From the NCBI GenBank assembly GCA_000004985.1, contig GG738849.1: a DNA stretch of 64,000 nt. The stretch is one strand, 5' to 3'. The translations under genes were made by a program, and so were the position numbers. The notes under the pieces were generated by a model. It was not told where the DNA came from, searched no databases, and saw only the letters and a program-made list of their open reading frames with translations. The DNA is from Naegleria gruberi. Taxonomy: Eukaryota. This document shows, in pieces, positions 8,912 through 21,632 of the stretch. Each line of letters starts with the position of its first letter. Position 1 is the first letter of the stretch.

Positions 8912-11263
8912 ATGGTTCCCGCCAAGGCAAACTTGTGGAAGCTTTCAAAAAAAATGAGCCCAAACCAAATGATCATTCAACCATTCAATCAATGTATCTA
9001 TATGATTCATCATGCCACAACTGATATTGAAGAATTTTACATGATTGATGCATCGGATGCTGATAATATTGTTAAACGCCTGATTGCAACAGTTAATTTA
9101 AACGATTTGGCTAATGTTTCAACAGAAAATGCTCCTATTTGTAGGCTTGAACAAGTCATTTTAGATTGGGAGAGTGATTTGATGAATCAACTTGTTGGAT
9201 CACAAAAATTAATCAGAGGTTTCGCCAAAACAGTCAAAAGAAGTGAAAATTACTGTTCTTCTTATCGTTCCTGTTTCGTATGGAATAGTGTGAACGATTT
9301 TGATGTGAAAAATATTGTTATTGCTGATATCAATGAAGATGGTATTTCATTTGTTGACGGTTTCATGCTCATGTCATATAATAGAGCTCCAAGTCTTGAA
9401 AAGAGTCAATCTGTTAATTCTCTCAAATTGGAACCATGCAACGAGATTACAATGCCACAATCAGATATCATGTCAAGAACGGAATCTGTTGCAATTGTTA
9501 TTCCTTGCTCAAATGTTATCAAAAGAGATTACTCACTGAATGGTTTTTTTGATGGAAAAGACAAGGTTTATTTATTCGATTTGAAGAGTGGAAAATTTGA
9601 CCTTTCAGTCACTGGTGTTTCATTTGGTGCCACTTTCGTGAATTCTTCTTGTGGAGTTTGTAATGTACCATTCTTGGAGGGTGAGAGATTAAGAGTCTTC
9701 TTGCTTCTAAGTTTTAGATTGTATGAAATTGTTTGGAAAGGAGAGGAAAATAATAGTGATCTAATCTTAATCAGACATTTGGAATGGATTGAAAGAATCA
9801 ATTCTGTCACAAGAATGGATAATTTTGGTTTATTGATTCAATCTAGGTCAAAAGATGGTACTCAATATTATGTCTATTGTCCACAACCTTATAATACAGA
9901 GAATTTGAAAAAGGAAGGGAAATTGATAGAATTACCAAAGAGTGTTTATGAGAATGTTACAGATATAGTGTACGCTCCTAAATCCAAGCGTCTCTTGTCT
10001 GTGAAAGATGTAAATCTTTCAAAATCACTCAGTTTGGAAGAAATTCAAGTATTACCATCAAACATAATCAAATCAATTTTCAATGAAGAAGAATATTTGG
10101 AAAAGTTAAAGTTTGACACTTCATTTAAAACATATCAACCAAGACTCATAACTGATGCATGTGAAGTGGTAACAACAATTCCCAATCATCCAAGAATTAG
10201 TCGAGCTTATCAAATTCTTGAAGGAAGACACAATGAAATTGAAATTGTTGCTGGTATTGGATGTAAGAATTATATTGACAAGTTGGGAGATTTAATTTCT
10301 AATGATTATGTAGAATTGAATATTGAGGATTTGGCTGATTACCTTGGTGCTCCAGTAATTTATGAACAATATTCTATTGTAGAATATACTTATTTTATCA
10401 AAGATATGGTTGATGGATTAAGATCTTCAAAAGCTATTGAATTTTCTCGTGTAACAAGAGGAGGAGGAGGAGGATATGGTTCCTCCTATGCTTACTTTAA
10501 TGATGATTTTTCGTCCCCAAAGTTTATTGGCATATTATCATGCAGACCAAAGCAACCAGAAGAAGAAGAAGATGATGAAATGGAGGATGAGGAAGAGAAA
10601 ACTGAAAAAGAGTACGAACAATTGTTCAGAACAAAAGAGTTCAAAGTTGAGAGTACTTCAATGGTTGTCATTGATCCATTTACAACAAACTCTGGCGTAA
10701 TCATAAAGAATGTAAGACCTGGTATTTGGAATTGGAAAACTACTCACAAATCCAAAGATCATGTGGATGGAGGTTATGAGGACCATTTTTTGACAGCTCA
10801 AATAGTTGCCATTCATCAAGATTATTATGAAGAATTAAGTTCTGATCCAAAACTTTGGTTAGTTCCAAACAATGTCTACAGAAAATTGGAGAGAAATCAC
10901 AAAGTTGAAAGGGATGAATACTATGATGATGAAATTGAGGGAGGATGGTTTGTTATGAAATTGGGTGTAGGGGTAGACGTTGCCATGGCTGGAATCTTTG
11001 ATGAAAAGTACTTTAATGATGAAAAATGTTTGGAATTGAAGAGAAAACCAAAATCCAAATTTGAAGCTTCTTGCAAGCTTTCGTTTAATTCAGATTGGCA
11101 AGATTACTTTTTCAAAAAGATGGAGCAAGATAACTATCCTTCAAAATTAGCAGCACCTTTTGGAATTATTACTTCAAGTGGATATGGAGATGGATGTTAT
11201 GCTTGTTTATTCAAGAAATCAAAAGGAGGAGATGTTATTGCTGTTCGTCTTGTATTTTGTTAA
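8912..11263 (+). CDS. hypothetical protein, C-terminal DUF4241-like domain (tentative)
   Basis: ATG at 8912, 783 codons, TAA stop. It has Gly-rich (GGGGGYG) and acidic (EEEEDDEMEDEEE) low-complexity tracts. C-terminal motifs 'GVGVDVAMAGIFDEKYF' and 'SSGYGDGCYACLF…GGDVIAVRLVF' resemble DUF4241. Confidence 0.6.
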   Translation: MVPAKANLWKLSKKMSPNQMIIQPFNQCIYMIHHATTDIEEFYMIDASDADNIVKRLIATVNLNDLANVSTENAPICRLEQVILDWESDLMNQLVGSQKLIRGFAKTVKRSENYCSSYRSCFVWNSVNDFDVKNIVIADINEDGISFVDGFMLMSYNRAPSLEKSQSVNSLKLEPCNEITMPQSDIMSRTESVAIVIPCSNVIKRDYSLNGFFDGKDKVYLFDLKSGKFDLSVTGVSFGATFVNSSCGVCNVPFLEGERLRVFLLLSFRLYEIVWKGEENNSDLILIRHLEWIERINSVTRMDNFGLLIQSRSKDGTQYYVYCPQPYNTENLKKEGKLIELPKSVYENVTDIVYAPKSKRLLSVKDVNLSKSLSLEEIQVLPSNIIKSIFNEEEYLEKLKFDTSFKTYQPRLITDACEVVTTIPNHPRISRAYQILEGRHNEIEIVAGIGCKNYIDKLGDLISNDYVELNIEDLADYLGAPVIYEQYSIVEYTYFIKDMVDGLRSSKAIEFSRVTRGGGGGYGSSYAYFNDDFSSPKFIGILSCRPKQPEEEEDDEMEDEEEKTEKEYEQLFRTKEFKVESTSMVVIDPFTTNSGVIIKNVRPGIWNWKTTHKSKDHVDGGYEDHFLTAQIVAIHQDYYEELSSDPKLWLVPNNVYRKLERNHKVERDEYYDDEIEGGWFVMKLGVGVDVAMAGIFDEKYFNDEKCLELKRKPKSKFEASCKLSFNSDWQDYFFKKMEQDNYPSKLAAPFGIITSSGYGDGCYACLFKKSKGGDVIAVRLVFC

Positions 11264-11357
11264 TAGAAAGTCTCAAATGTTGTAAACTAAGAAGAACATC
11301 TTTTGAATTGATCATTTACTATTTAATTATTTTGAAATCAAAAGTTTATTATAGAAA

Positions 11358-13592
11358 TTATGGTCCTTGATTAGTGACTGATTTGATGTATTCCTTCCAT
11401 TTTCTAGAATTATTAAATCTGTAATAGGAATCCATTAAATTTTTGTAAATTTCATAACTTAACGAACTGAATACTGCTGGGTTACAAAGATTTTCAATCA
11501 ATGGTTTCATTTCTTCCTCTTTTGTCAGATCAATATTTGGAAAATATCTTGTTTGTGAATCCTTCACAACTCTTTTAGGTAATTGATTTACCTTAATATT
11601 TTCCTGATTGAGTAAAATGAGTAATTCTCTATACTCTTTCAATTCACTATTGATCACCCTATTGGAAATGTTAACTTCAAATACTGAATCTCCCTCTGAA
11701 AGATATAATATTACCATTTCCTTAATTTTTGATATTTTAGATCTCAAATGACTTGCACTAATCTTCCTCAATAAATGTAAATCTTCATAAAAGAGTAAAT
11801 TCTCAATCGAATATTCATTTTTCAAGTATTGATAAAATAATTCTCGTTCCTTTTTGTGTAAAATTACATAGTCAATTGTAGCTGAGTTAATTGGAGAGGA
11901 TATTAATTGTTGAATATTCTCAAATACTATATCATTGGTATTGTCTGTTTGTTGGTTTCGTTTAGATTTATATGCAAGGTAATAATTCCACAATGTTCTT
12001 AGAATGGTAATTCCAGGATTGCCTGCAGAGCCACCAAGGAAATTCAATCCAAGAACAATGAACAAGTTTCCAATAAGATTAATTATTGGATTGTCAAAGT
12101 AGGGAGAAAGAAGAATGTAAATCAATAAGGAAAATCCACTTATTGTGAGAACACATGTACTTTCTATTCTATATACGAAAGGATCAGATTCATAATAAAT
12201 GTAAATGAAGAAATTCGAAGTCTTTTCTCCTCTTTCCGTATTGTTTCGTCTTTGTTTCTTATAATGGTAAAGAGAAATGAAAAAATCGCTGATTAACAGA
12301 ATTGGAATGACGAGAAATATTGCAATCGATAGTCCAGCATCCATGAAAAAGATTGCACTTCTATCCTCTTTTCTGCAATATCCACTATACGAATCCCAAT
12401 TATGGAAAAGTGAACTCCACTTGTCTGGCTTGTGACTTGCTATCTGAACACTAATCATAACATACCAAATAATTACACAAAGAGAAACGAAACCAATTTC
12501 TATAATTCTAAACTTGATGACTCTCTTTAAGAAATTCACCAATTTTCCCCTATTCGAAATTACATCAAGATCAGAATTTGACACGCCATCATCGAAATCC
12601 AATGCAATATCTTCATACAATGCATTTGCTGCTTCAATTTCAATGCTAGCATTCTTTCTTGAACTTCTCGCAGATAAAGGTCTCACTTGTGTTATATTCG
12701 AAACATCTGATGCTGATGATACATTCGTACTAGGTACAGAACTCAAATCAAGAGCCAAAACACCCTTCAAAGATTGTGAAGATCGAGTAAGGCTACTATT
12801 CGATCTCGACAATTCCAAATTAGAGTTGGAAGAAGTATCAGAAATTTTCTTATTCGAAAGGGCACTCGCATTCATCTTTTCAAATTGTTTCTTTTTAAAT
12901 TCTTCCATAGTTTTCACAATTGACTGTCTCATATTCCTAATGATATTCAGTAGTATGAATTTGGCTATCTGAATCGCATATAACGAAACACTTCCAATAA
13001 TTAAACCATAAATGACATATTCACCAATGAAACAGTAAACATTCTCAAAGGTTATGTAATTTCCTAACCATGTGGGTAATCCATTCGAATCTAGATTGTT
13101 CTTGTAGAAGGTTTGAGCATCAAGAGATGGATTAATTGACCTTTCGAATATAAATTGATTCCAATAACTTTCAAAATAAACTCGGATGAATGGAATTGTG
13201 TCGAGTGAAGCAGGTAAATGACAAATAACATTAATTGTAGTCAATACAAACGAAATAAACAACTTTGACTTGAGTGGTTCATAATCTCGCAATGCAAATA
13301 TGCAAATAAACAAAAAACTGTCAAAAATCAACGCAACACAAGCCCTGATAGGTATCAACACGGAAGGGAGGAATTTACTCGAGCTGGTCATGACAATTTC
13401 CGCCTCTGCCTGTGTTAAATTACTTGTTATATTGCTCAAAAGAATTGCAAACTCTGTCGTGTTGTAATTTGTTAAAGTGACATCTGAAGGTGGTTCCAAT
13501 TGACTGGCAGAGTTGACAAAGCAAAGAAAGAGGCACAATACTAGCAAGAGAAATTTAACACCAGCAGCAGCAGGTGCTTTTCTGTGGTGCAT
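11358..13592 (-). CDS. multi-TM receptor-like protein with C-terminal RGS domain (7TM-RGS type)
   Basis: ORF 11358..13622; the first ATG (MHHRKAPAAAG…, signal-peptide-like) is at about 13592. At least seven hydrophobic segments are followed by an RGS domain (…ERELFYQYLKNEYSIENLLFYEDLHLLRK…). TAA stop. Confidence 0.7.
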   Translation of the reverse strand: MHHRKAPAAAGVKFLLLVLCLFLCFVNSASQLEPPSDVTLTNYNTTEFAILLSNITSNLTQAEAEIVMTSSSKFLPSVLIPIRACVALIFDSFLFICIFALRDYEPLKSKLFISFVLTTINVICHLPASLDTIPFIRVYFESYWNQFIFERSINPSLDAQTFYKNNLDSNGLPTWLGNYITFENVYCFIGEYVIYGLIIGSVSLYAIQIAKFILLNIIRNMRQSIVKTMEEFKKKQFEKMNASALSNKKISDTSSNSNLELSRSNSSLTRSSQSLKGVLALDLSSVPSTNVSSASDVSNITQVRPLSARSSRKNASIEIEAANALYEDIALDFDDGVSNSDLDVISNRGKLVNFLKRVIKFRIIEIGFVSLCVIIWYVMISVQIASHKPDKWSSLFHNWDSYSGYCRKEDRSAIFFMDAGLSIAIFLVIPILLISDFFISLYHYKKQRRNNTERGEKTSNFFIYIYYESDPFVYRIESTCVLTISGFSLLIYILLSPYFDNPIINLIGNLFIVLGLNFLGGSAGNPGITILRTLWNYYLAYKSKRNQQTDNTNDIVFENIQQLISSPINSATIDYVILHKKERELFYQYLKNEYSIENLLFYEDLHLLRKISASHLRSKISKIKEMVILYLSEGDSVFEVNISNRVINSELKEYRELLILLNQENIKVNQLPKRVVKDSQTRYFPNIDLTKEEEMKPLIENLCNPAVFSSLSYEIYKNLMDSYYRFNNSRKWKEYIKSVTNQGP

Positions 13593-13936
13593 TATTTTTG
13601 AATATTTTCTGCTATCCTTCAATTGTCTTTTTGGGTGTTAAATATTCATGCAAGTCAACTTTGAAAAATCTCTTGAAAAGGTTTTCGCCCCAAATTTGAA
13701 AAATGGTGGTGAGGAATTGGAACTCTGTATCATTTTTCACACACTGACATTAAATTAAACAAAAAACATTCGATTGCATTTGCCGACATTTCCTTAGACG
13801 ATAAAACACAATTTTTTGATAAACATCTACAAGCTTCTCATTATTCACAAAATATCATCTCGAGCATGTGTAGGAGAAATGAATTTAGCTCAAATATTCA
13901 TACATCTCGTATTTGATAAAGAAATATTATTCGAAT

Positions 13937-15679
13937 TTAAATTGAAAATGCTGAATTGATTGTACTGAAATAGATTTCCTGTTTTGCTTTTCTAAACATT
14001 TCTGGATATTCAGAATTCATTCTTGTCATCATTTCATTCATATCCAATAAACAATGAACTCTCAATTCTTCTAATAATTCATCAATTTTTGTTTCATTCT
14101 TTTCTTTAATTAGGAAAAGCAGCTCATTGTGAAGAGAATCAATTTTGGGAATGTTTAGTTCGAGAGGAGAATTTTTTGAGAGAAAGGTTTCTAATATATT
14201 GTTGGCTATTTTCATTCGAAATGTCATTCGTCTACTTTTTCTGTAATTTTGAATAGTGTCAAAACAGAGAACTGGTTCAGAACTGTAGGAACGTCTTGAA
14301 AAATCTAAAATTGCATTAAAGGTTTCTCTTTCGGATAACAGTTTCTCATAGAGACTTGGTTCTTCATGTCCATTTCCAGATAATCCATTCATTTTCCTCT
14401 CTTGATAAATGGCTCTAATAGTTGGAATGGTGATTAATATCACAAGTTGACCAATACTATAAATTGACAAAATCATCTGAATTGGAAAAACATAATCAAC
14501 CAGATTCGTCAAAACTGAAACTCTAGGAAGTGTAAAACTGAGAATTACACATAAAATCATCAAGATTGTGGTAATTGATGTTTCAATCTTAATGAACCAA
14601 GTATCCCTTTCTGAAATTACTACCAAAATTAGAAATATTAAGGTAATCAATCCATAGAATGAATAGAGTGCAACGTAGAGGGTCATTGAATTGGGTCTAA
14701 CTTTGCAACCATATTGGAAATTATCAAATCCTGAACTAAGGTAAGTATCAGAGAAATTCTCTGGTCCAAAAATTTCTAATAATCCAATAATTAACCACAA
14801 GAGAGAATGTAGACTAAACAGAGATAGTTCAATAATAAATAGGAATTTGTTACTGAGAAGAAACTTGTACAGGATCAATAATCGTTTCTGATTTTTGGTA
14901 AATGGCTCTTTCAGTGATAGTGAACTTTCTCCACTTTCTTGAGAAATTAAATCATTCACCACTTTTTGAACTTGTGGACTAATTACATTACTCACAGTAG
15001 GAGTAGGACCGCTTGAATGCTGAGTTAATAGACGAAATAATCGATTCCTTATCACGAATGCAAAACAAGAATAAAGTGATGGAAGAGTCATGGCCCAACA
15101 CATGTTTATTCCCATGAAGGAGAATAAAAAACAGGGAAATAAGTCTCTTCCAATAAGCCATCGCAAACATGGTATGATAACATGTATGGAACTGGCGAGA
15201 ATTGTCGATGAAATCCAATAAATGCCTCTAGATTGAATGTGTCCACTGTTTCGTTTAAGAAAAACGAAAATGAAAGTGAAGAATAGTATAGGAAGAAAGA
15301 TGATAAGGAGAAGAGTCGAAAGAATAGGAATAATGATGGTATCGGGACAAACACTTGTTTCATTAGAAAGACGAAGTGGACTAAAGTCCCTCAGAGGTAT
15401 TCCCAATTCGAACAACAATGGGTCGCATAGAAGAGACAGAGTTGAGTTCATTCTTTTTTTTGTTTTGGAAAGAATTATCTCTCTTTCGGTGGTATTAAAT
15501 TGATGAAAGGCGTAAAATTGTCTAAGTAATATCAATATAAGGATCTGAAGGATTGATTTGTGGTGAGATAATGGTTTGCATATTGTTTGCCTCTTCCTTT
15601 TGCTTATCATTTCAATCATCAACATGTGTTCTGCAGAACGAATAAACTTTTTCCAATTATTCAAATTTTCAACAATCAT
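13937..15679 (-). CDS. multi-TM protein with C-terminal RGS domain (tandem paralog of the upstream gene)
   Basis: ATG at 15679, 580 codons, TAA stop. It has a TM-rich body and a C-terminal RGS-like segment (…FDTIQNYRKSRRMTFRMKIANNILETFLSKNSPLEL…). Same orientation as, and directly adjacent to, the 11358..13592 gene. Confidence 0.65.
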   Translation of the reverse strand: MIVENLNNWKKFIRSAEHMLMIEMISKRKRQTICKPLSHHKSILQILILILLRQFYAFHQFNTTEREIILSKTKKRMNSTLSLLCDPLLFELGIPLRDFSPLRLSNETSVCPDTIIIPILSTLLLIIFLPILFFTFIFVFLKRNSGHIQSRGIYWISSTILASSIHVIIPCLRWLIGRDLFPCFLFSFMGINMCWAMTLPSLYSCFAFVIRNRLFRLLTQHSSGPTPTVSNVISPQVQKVVNDLISQESGESSLSLKEPFTKNQKRLLILYKFLLSNKFLFIIELSLFSLHSLLWLIIGLLEIFGPENFSDTYLSSGFDNFQYGCKVRPNSMTLYVALYSFYGLITLIFLILVVISERDTWFIKIETSITTILMILCVILSFTLPRVSVLTNLVDYVFPIQMILSIYSIGQLVILITIPTIRAIYQERKMNGLSGNGHEEPSLYEKLLSERETFNAILDFSRRSYSSEPVLCFDTIQNYRKSRRMTFRMKIANNILETFLSKNSPLELNIPKIDSLHNELLFLIKEKNETKIDELLEELRVHCLLDMNEMMTRMNSEYPEMFRKAKQEIYFSTINSAFSI

Positions 15680-15702
15680 TTTATTTCCTTTTTCAATGCC
15701 GC

Positions 15703-18700
15703 TTAACTGAGGTGGAAGGCGTTTTGACCCTCTTGAATTGCCTTGTACAATTGTTCCTTCATGATTGTCTCTGAGGAGTACTCTGGTAATTTCAAGTAGT
15801 TTGTACAGGTCATGACAGATGGAAGGTACATATCTGAGGTCTTGCCAGCATCTGCCTTCTTCAAAACAATAGTCAACTTTGGTCTAAGACTCATAATACC
15901 TCCTGAAGGCAATCTTGGAGCTCCAGTTACAAATCTTAAAAAGTCTCTCTTCTCTGAAGGTGTCATTTGAAGAAGAATCTTGAAGAATGTCTTAATTACT
16001 CTAGAAGAGTGAGTATAACCATGGTCACATTTTGTTGCTTCAACCAATAATTGCTCAGTCCACTCTTCATCAGCACCAACAAAAATATCACTCAACTCCT
16101 TGATGGAGAAACATTTCAGAGATGCAATGGAATTGTGTCCCATTACTGAATTGAATCCATTTCTGATCATTTCCACTTGTTGAATAATACCGTCATGGAG
16201 AATGGTATTAGTAACCAGTCTAAGGTATTCCTCGAGATTTTGCAGGGTAACCTCCCTATCTGACCCTCCTTCTACCAACTCAATATCTGTTCCCATTACA
16301 GTAAAAGACAGACATAAATCCTCTAACCTTGTTTTACCATCATCTCCAAATGTAATTTCTAACAAGTGAGCAGCTGTCTCTTGATCAGATAATGATTTGG
16401 ATTTAATCTCATTAACCTTTTGACACATCTTTTGTAATTTACAGAATTGTTGGTAAAGTATTGGATCTATTGTTTCAATATCATAGAAAGTAAGCTTTTC
16501 TCCTCTTAAAAGTTTGAGTAAAGCATCAGAGAATGGAATGTCTAATACTCTTCCATCATAAATGGCTCTTCCCAAAAATGTTCCAATAAAGTAATAAAGC
16601 TCTGCATCTTTTTCTGGAAGCTTTCCATCGACAAGCCTCTTCAATCTAGGATAAAGCCCTGTCTTGGTTTCAACAAGTCTGTCAAACTTGTCTGCTTCTT
16701 TTTGTTCACCTACAAATTCATCTCTGAAAATAGTCAATCCACTCTGTTGTAAAGCTCTGGAAACCAAGTTATAACACTCTACAGTTGGACCCAAACCTGT
16801 ACCAATCTCATTTTCAAAAATAAATTCAACGATTCTATCTGTATCCAAGTTAATAAGACCTTTGTATGCGCTTTGTAAAATATTTGGAGATCTGGACAGT
16901 TTGATCTTTTGTTTTCCTATTTGAATCAATCTTGCCTTTCTGTCTCTGGATTTGAAATATCTATTTTGTATGGTTAAAATTGCTCTTGCAATACCCTTGG
17001 TTGTCAAGTCAAAGTATAATTGTCTTACATCAAAAGTGAATAAAAATCCATAGTCCTCGATCAAAAGTTTTAGCCAATGAGGGAAACAGTTTCCAAAAAG
17101 ATAATATGGATCTTGAATAGATCTTACAATCTTTGAAGCCAATTTAGGGTTAAGGAATATCTTGGATGAAAGTAATACTCTCTTCATGCCTCCAGTGTGA
17201 GGCAATACAATAGCTAACTTGCTAATAAAGTTCATAATCTTAAGAAGCTCGAGAATATCAATAGCATCCTTGTCAATACCTTCCTTGATTAACGTATCCT
17301 TATCACTCGTATGACTGAAAATGTGAGTGAGAAGAACATCTTCTTTAGATTGTAATAGTTCATTTGGTTCACTCATTGTAGCGTCTTTCACTTCTTCAGT
17401 TAAATCAGAAATCTTGAAAGACAAATTTTGAGTAGTATCACCCAAGTTGAGACCAGATGGATGGTTATGAGTACCCTTTCTGTAAAAAACTTCAAATAAT
17501 GTCATGTTAGGGTTGAGAACCTCACCATTCAAAATAATTGAGTATTGTTTGGATGGTTTATCATCCTCCATAACTGCCTTGTCTTCAAGTAAGTAAGAAG
17601 TATCTTCATCTGATTTTGGAGTCTCTACTTCAATATTACCAATATTTCCGATAAATTCGTCATCATCATCTCTTTCATTAATATGGAAATAGCTGAAATC
17701 TGGAATTTGAATGGTTTGAGCTTCGGTAGATTGCTCTTTTTCATCACTGTAATTATCTTGCAAATAGTTAATGACATCTCGTACTTTACAGAGAGAATTT
17801 GCTTGCAATAGAACTACCTTCTTGTTTTCATCATTTGTCATGGATAACTTGAAATACTTTAAAAATTTACGAAGAACTGATCCTACACCAGTTAAAAGTG
17901 TGATAGACTCAGAGTAGTTAACATTCAGGTTTTCTACAGAGTTGAAAACATCAATTAGCTTTCTTACAAACTCGGAAAGATATGTTGGATTGTCATTAGC
18001 GTTTGATACTGAAAGAGAAATTTCTAAATCATTACTTTGCGAGAAATTCTTTGATTTACGAGACTTCTCCTTTCCTGCAGGGATGGATTGATCGAAAATT
18101 TGAGCAAAACGGTAAACTCTCGATTTTCTATCGTGTGTATCAGCTGAAAGATATTCAATAAGCGTTGGAATGATATTACTATTGATAATTTCAAAGTAGG
18201 TAGCAGAGTCATCAATAATCAACAAATCTCTCAATTCTGTCAATAGTTTTTCTTCCTCTGATTTGCAAGTAAGCAACTGTTTACCAATAGCCTGCAAGGC
18301 AATAAAACCAGAACTTTCCATTTTCATATCTTTTGTTCTGGTAATGTAATCCTTGTAAAAAAGTTGAGCTTTAGTTACAGCATACACTGCAAGCTCATTA
18401 TTCTTGAATGATGCCTTCTTGCTTCTTTCAGTGTACAATCTTGAGGTTTTTGGTATTTTTGGATATTCAACATGAGGATGAACCCAAGCAACAGAAATTT
18501 TTTCAGGGTCTTCATACTTTTCCTCTTCCTGTGGGGTCTCTCCTTCCTTGACTTCTTGAGGTGGTTGATTTTCTCTATTCTTAATTCTTTCATTCTTTTC
18601 TATTGCTTGCTTTTTCTGATTTTCTTCTTTCTCTTTTCTTTCCTTTTCAGCTTTTTCATAGGCAGCAATAGTATTCTTTTTCATCTTTTCTAACATCAAC

Positions 18701-20636
18701 TCTTCCTTTGATTTTTCATCCATTCCTGAAATATTTTTGATTCTATAGGTGACACCTTCTCGCAAGAAATAGAGATCAAAAATGTCTGGTAACTTTTTGG
18801 AAAGCATTTCACAAATTTGCAATGCTGTTGTAACTTTACAAATGTCATCGCTGGAAAGAAGGGAGGCCAAAAATGTTGAAAATGGAATATTCTTCAATGT
18901 TTCTGTTAACATAGTAGCAGAAGAATGGTAAACAACAGTACCAATAATCTGCAATACTAAATTATTAACTGAGTCATTTTGACTTGATGAAAGCAAGTTA
19001 ATTAGTGGTTCTAATAATACATCAGTTGCTGTTTGTAACAAGATAGGCTCTTTTTCAAGAAGTGACTCTATTTGAGAGTCCTGTACAGTATCAGTTTCTG
19101 GTAGTGATTGGTCATTTGGTGGTTTTACCCCGGTCATCTTTACCATTAGCTTTTTTCTATTGGAGTGAGAGAGTTGACAAACTAATTCTTCATTTCTAGG
19201 CATCTTTGGAAGTAGTGCTAGTATAAAGTACATTATATCTAAAAAGCATTCATGAAGTCCTCTTTCATGAAGCAGTAAACCAGGTATTAAATTAATCAAA
19301 CCTTTGGAATAAATCTCTTTGGCAATTTCATTATTTGAAGAAACACTCTTCAACATTTTTAAAATCAAATTGAGTGAATTCTTTGAAGTTTTTTCATTAG
19401 AAATAATATCAATAGCCTGATCAATTAGAGAACAAGAGTTAATAAGTTTTGACAATTTTTCAGATTCCTTCAAGAATGGATGAGTTATTCTTGTTAAACT
19501 AACAATTGCATTTTCAACCATCAATGGATCTGATGCTGTTAAAAATCTTGAAATATTTGGAAGAATGTCACAAACTAGTTCAAAATCTGCTTTTCCAATA
19601 TTTTTAGATAAATTGGCAGCAATTCTTAAAATTTTCTTTTGCATATCTACACCAAAGAAATCAATATATGTTAATGAAGCCATTAAAACGCCTTCTTTGA
19701 GAAGTGCAGCACCATATTGATGAGAAAGGTGTTCAATAATTTGTAAAGATATTTCTGCCAAATCGATATACTCAATAACGAGTACCTTTGAGGAAATAAT
19801 TGAAATACCTCCATTAGAGGAAACAAATGAGCACGATGCAGGATAAATGTCAATCATATTTAACAATGTTCTAGCAGCAAATACCATCAAATCATATCTA
19901 TCGTCACTATTAGCCATAATGTTTAAAAGTTCTGGAATGAATCTATCTACTCCCATTCTACTGAGAGCTTGTTCATTAGATATGGAAACTATATTGCACA
20001 AATCTGAAACTGCATCGAATTGCTTTGTTGGATCACAATAGTCTTTCAATCCTTGCAGAATTTCTTCCATTCTTTCTGGAGGCAAATTACCACCTCTCAC
20101 GAATTGATTTCCATAATTTTGAATAATGTTCTCAAGAGTAAGCCCGCCAGTAGAGGTAAATGTTTGATCCGAATTTTGTTCGCTCATTTCTTCTTCGTCG
20201 CTAGAGTCTTCTTGATCAGAATCTATGTAGCTATTTGTTATTGTTGTTGTGCTTTGGTGATGATTGCTTTCTCTGCTGGTTGAACTCGCTTCAGCAATTG
20301 TTGTATTTTTAGAATGTGTTTTTTTTTGTTTGAAGGTTTTCGGAAAGAAGCCTTTGAATGATTTCACTACTCGCCAACTAGAATTTCCAGAAGTTGGTTT
20401 TAATGTTGTTGCTGTATTGTTGTTATTATTACTATTAACAATATTAGAACTAGTTGTTGTGTTTCTTGAATTATTATTTACAGATGAAGAGCTGATTGTG
20501 ATTTGTTGATTTGAAAGCCTTGTTTCCTCTTGATGACTTTTTGATCTAAAAATAGTTTGATTGTCTGATGTTGAAGGTGTTGGTGTAACAGTGATGCTTT
20601 CAGATTGTTTTCTTTAATGTTATTCATGATAAACAT
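15703..20636 (-). CDS. HECT-domain E3 ubiquitin ligase (TRIP12/UFD4-like)
   Basis: Main exon 15703..20431 (1554-codon ORF in the track) ends with the canonical HECT C-terminus (…LPSGGIMSLRPKLTIVLK…NAFHLS). It has an N-terminal armadillo-like region and a K/E-rich coiled segment. The main ORF has no ATG for about 80 codons upstream. I infer a 5' exon 20482..20636 (ATG at 20636) and a 50-nt GTAAAT..TAG intron (20432..20481) that joins it in frame. TAA stop. Confidence 0.8.
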
Positions 20637-21632
20637 GTTGATAATCGGATTGAACCTACCTCTTCTTATTCTTCTTGTTTTGATTTCTTCTCTTTCTCTT
20701 TGTACTACTCCCTTGCATAATATTGTTGAGTAAAGAGTTTTTTTTTAGTTTTGTAAATCCAACAAAATCTGGAAGCAAGCCTAATTTTGTGTTTGATTGA
20801 ACAAGAATCCATTAAGAAAACAAATTTTGAATGAAGCCAACACCAAAATAAAACAATTCAATTTATTAATACCTAACAAGTCGATGTGCTATTAATGAAA
20901 ATTTGCTAGTAACATTCTAATCCACTTCCATCCATTGAACTCTTCACAAGCATTCCCACAAGGAGTTATAAATAACTTGGATAACTCGTCTAAATACCTT
21001 GAGTTTTTCCAATAAGTCAAATACAATAGCAGCTGTCGAAAGATAAAACAAAAAGTCCTCATTGCTACCACCGACTTTCTTGCTACACCAGCGTTTTAAA
21101 TAGTTTTTCATAATAATAACAGTAACTTCATCAGTTAACTTTTTTGAATCAATTGTAGCATATTTTATTCCGACTCGAAAATCCCTCCCTCGAACTCTTT
21201 AATACATCGCTCTCATCACTAGCACTCACAGCTTTTCATAATAATATTACGCTTGGAGGAACTTGAGTCTTGCTGCGAACATCATCAACTCAAAAAAATC
21301 ATCAACAATCGATTAACTCTTCGTGATTTTGGTTACCTTTTCCAACTGTACTAGTATTTGACCATAGAATAGATTTTCATAGGTTTTCTGCTATTATCAT
21401 CATTAGAATTTAATCTCGTAATTTGGATCATTTTCTATTAGAGAAAGCGGAAATAACATACAGCTTGGTTAAAAAATCAAAATTTAAACTATTATTTAAA
21501 CACTAACTCAAACTCTAAAGTTAGATTATATTGGAATTTAAAGATCAAGAGAAATTCTTTCTTTTAACCGACGAATTATTTCTAAATAGGATCATCTTTT
21601 TTATTCTGATGATAATTTCGGAACGACCAACA

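Noticed and set aside
12514-12972. 152-aa antisense ORF inside the RGS gene (and similar antisense ORFs 7476..7823, 18472..18693, 20264..20509, 40908..41348)
   Set aside because: They overlap well-supported genes on the opposite strand. Their composition is low-complexity and mirrors the sense-strand codons. They have no ATG start and no domain.
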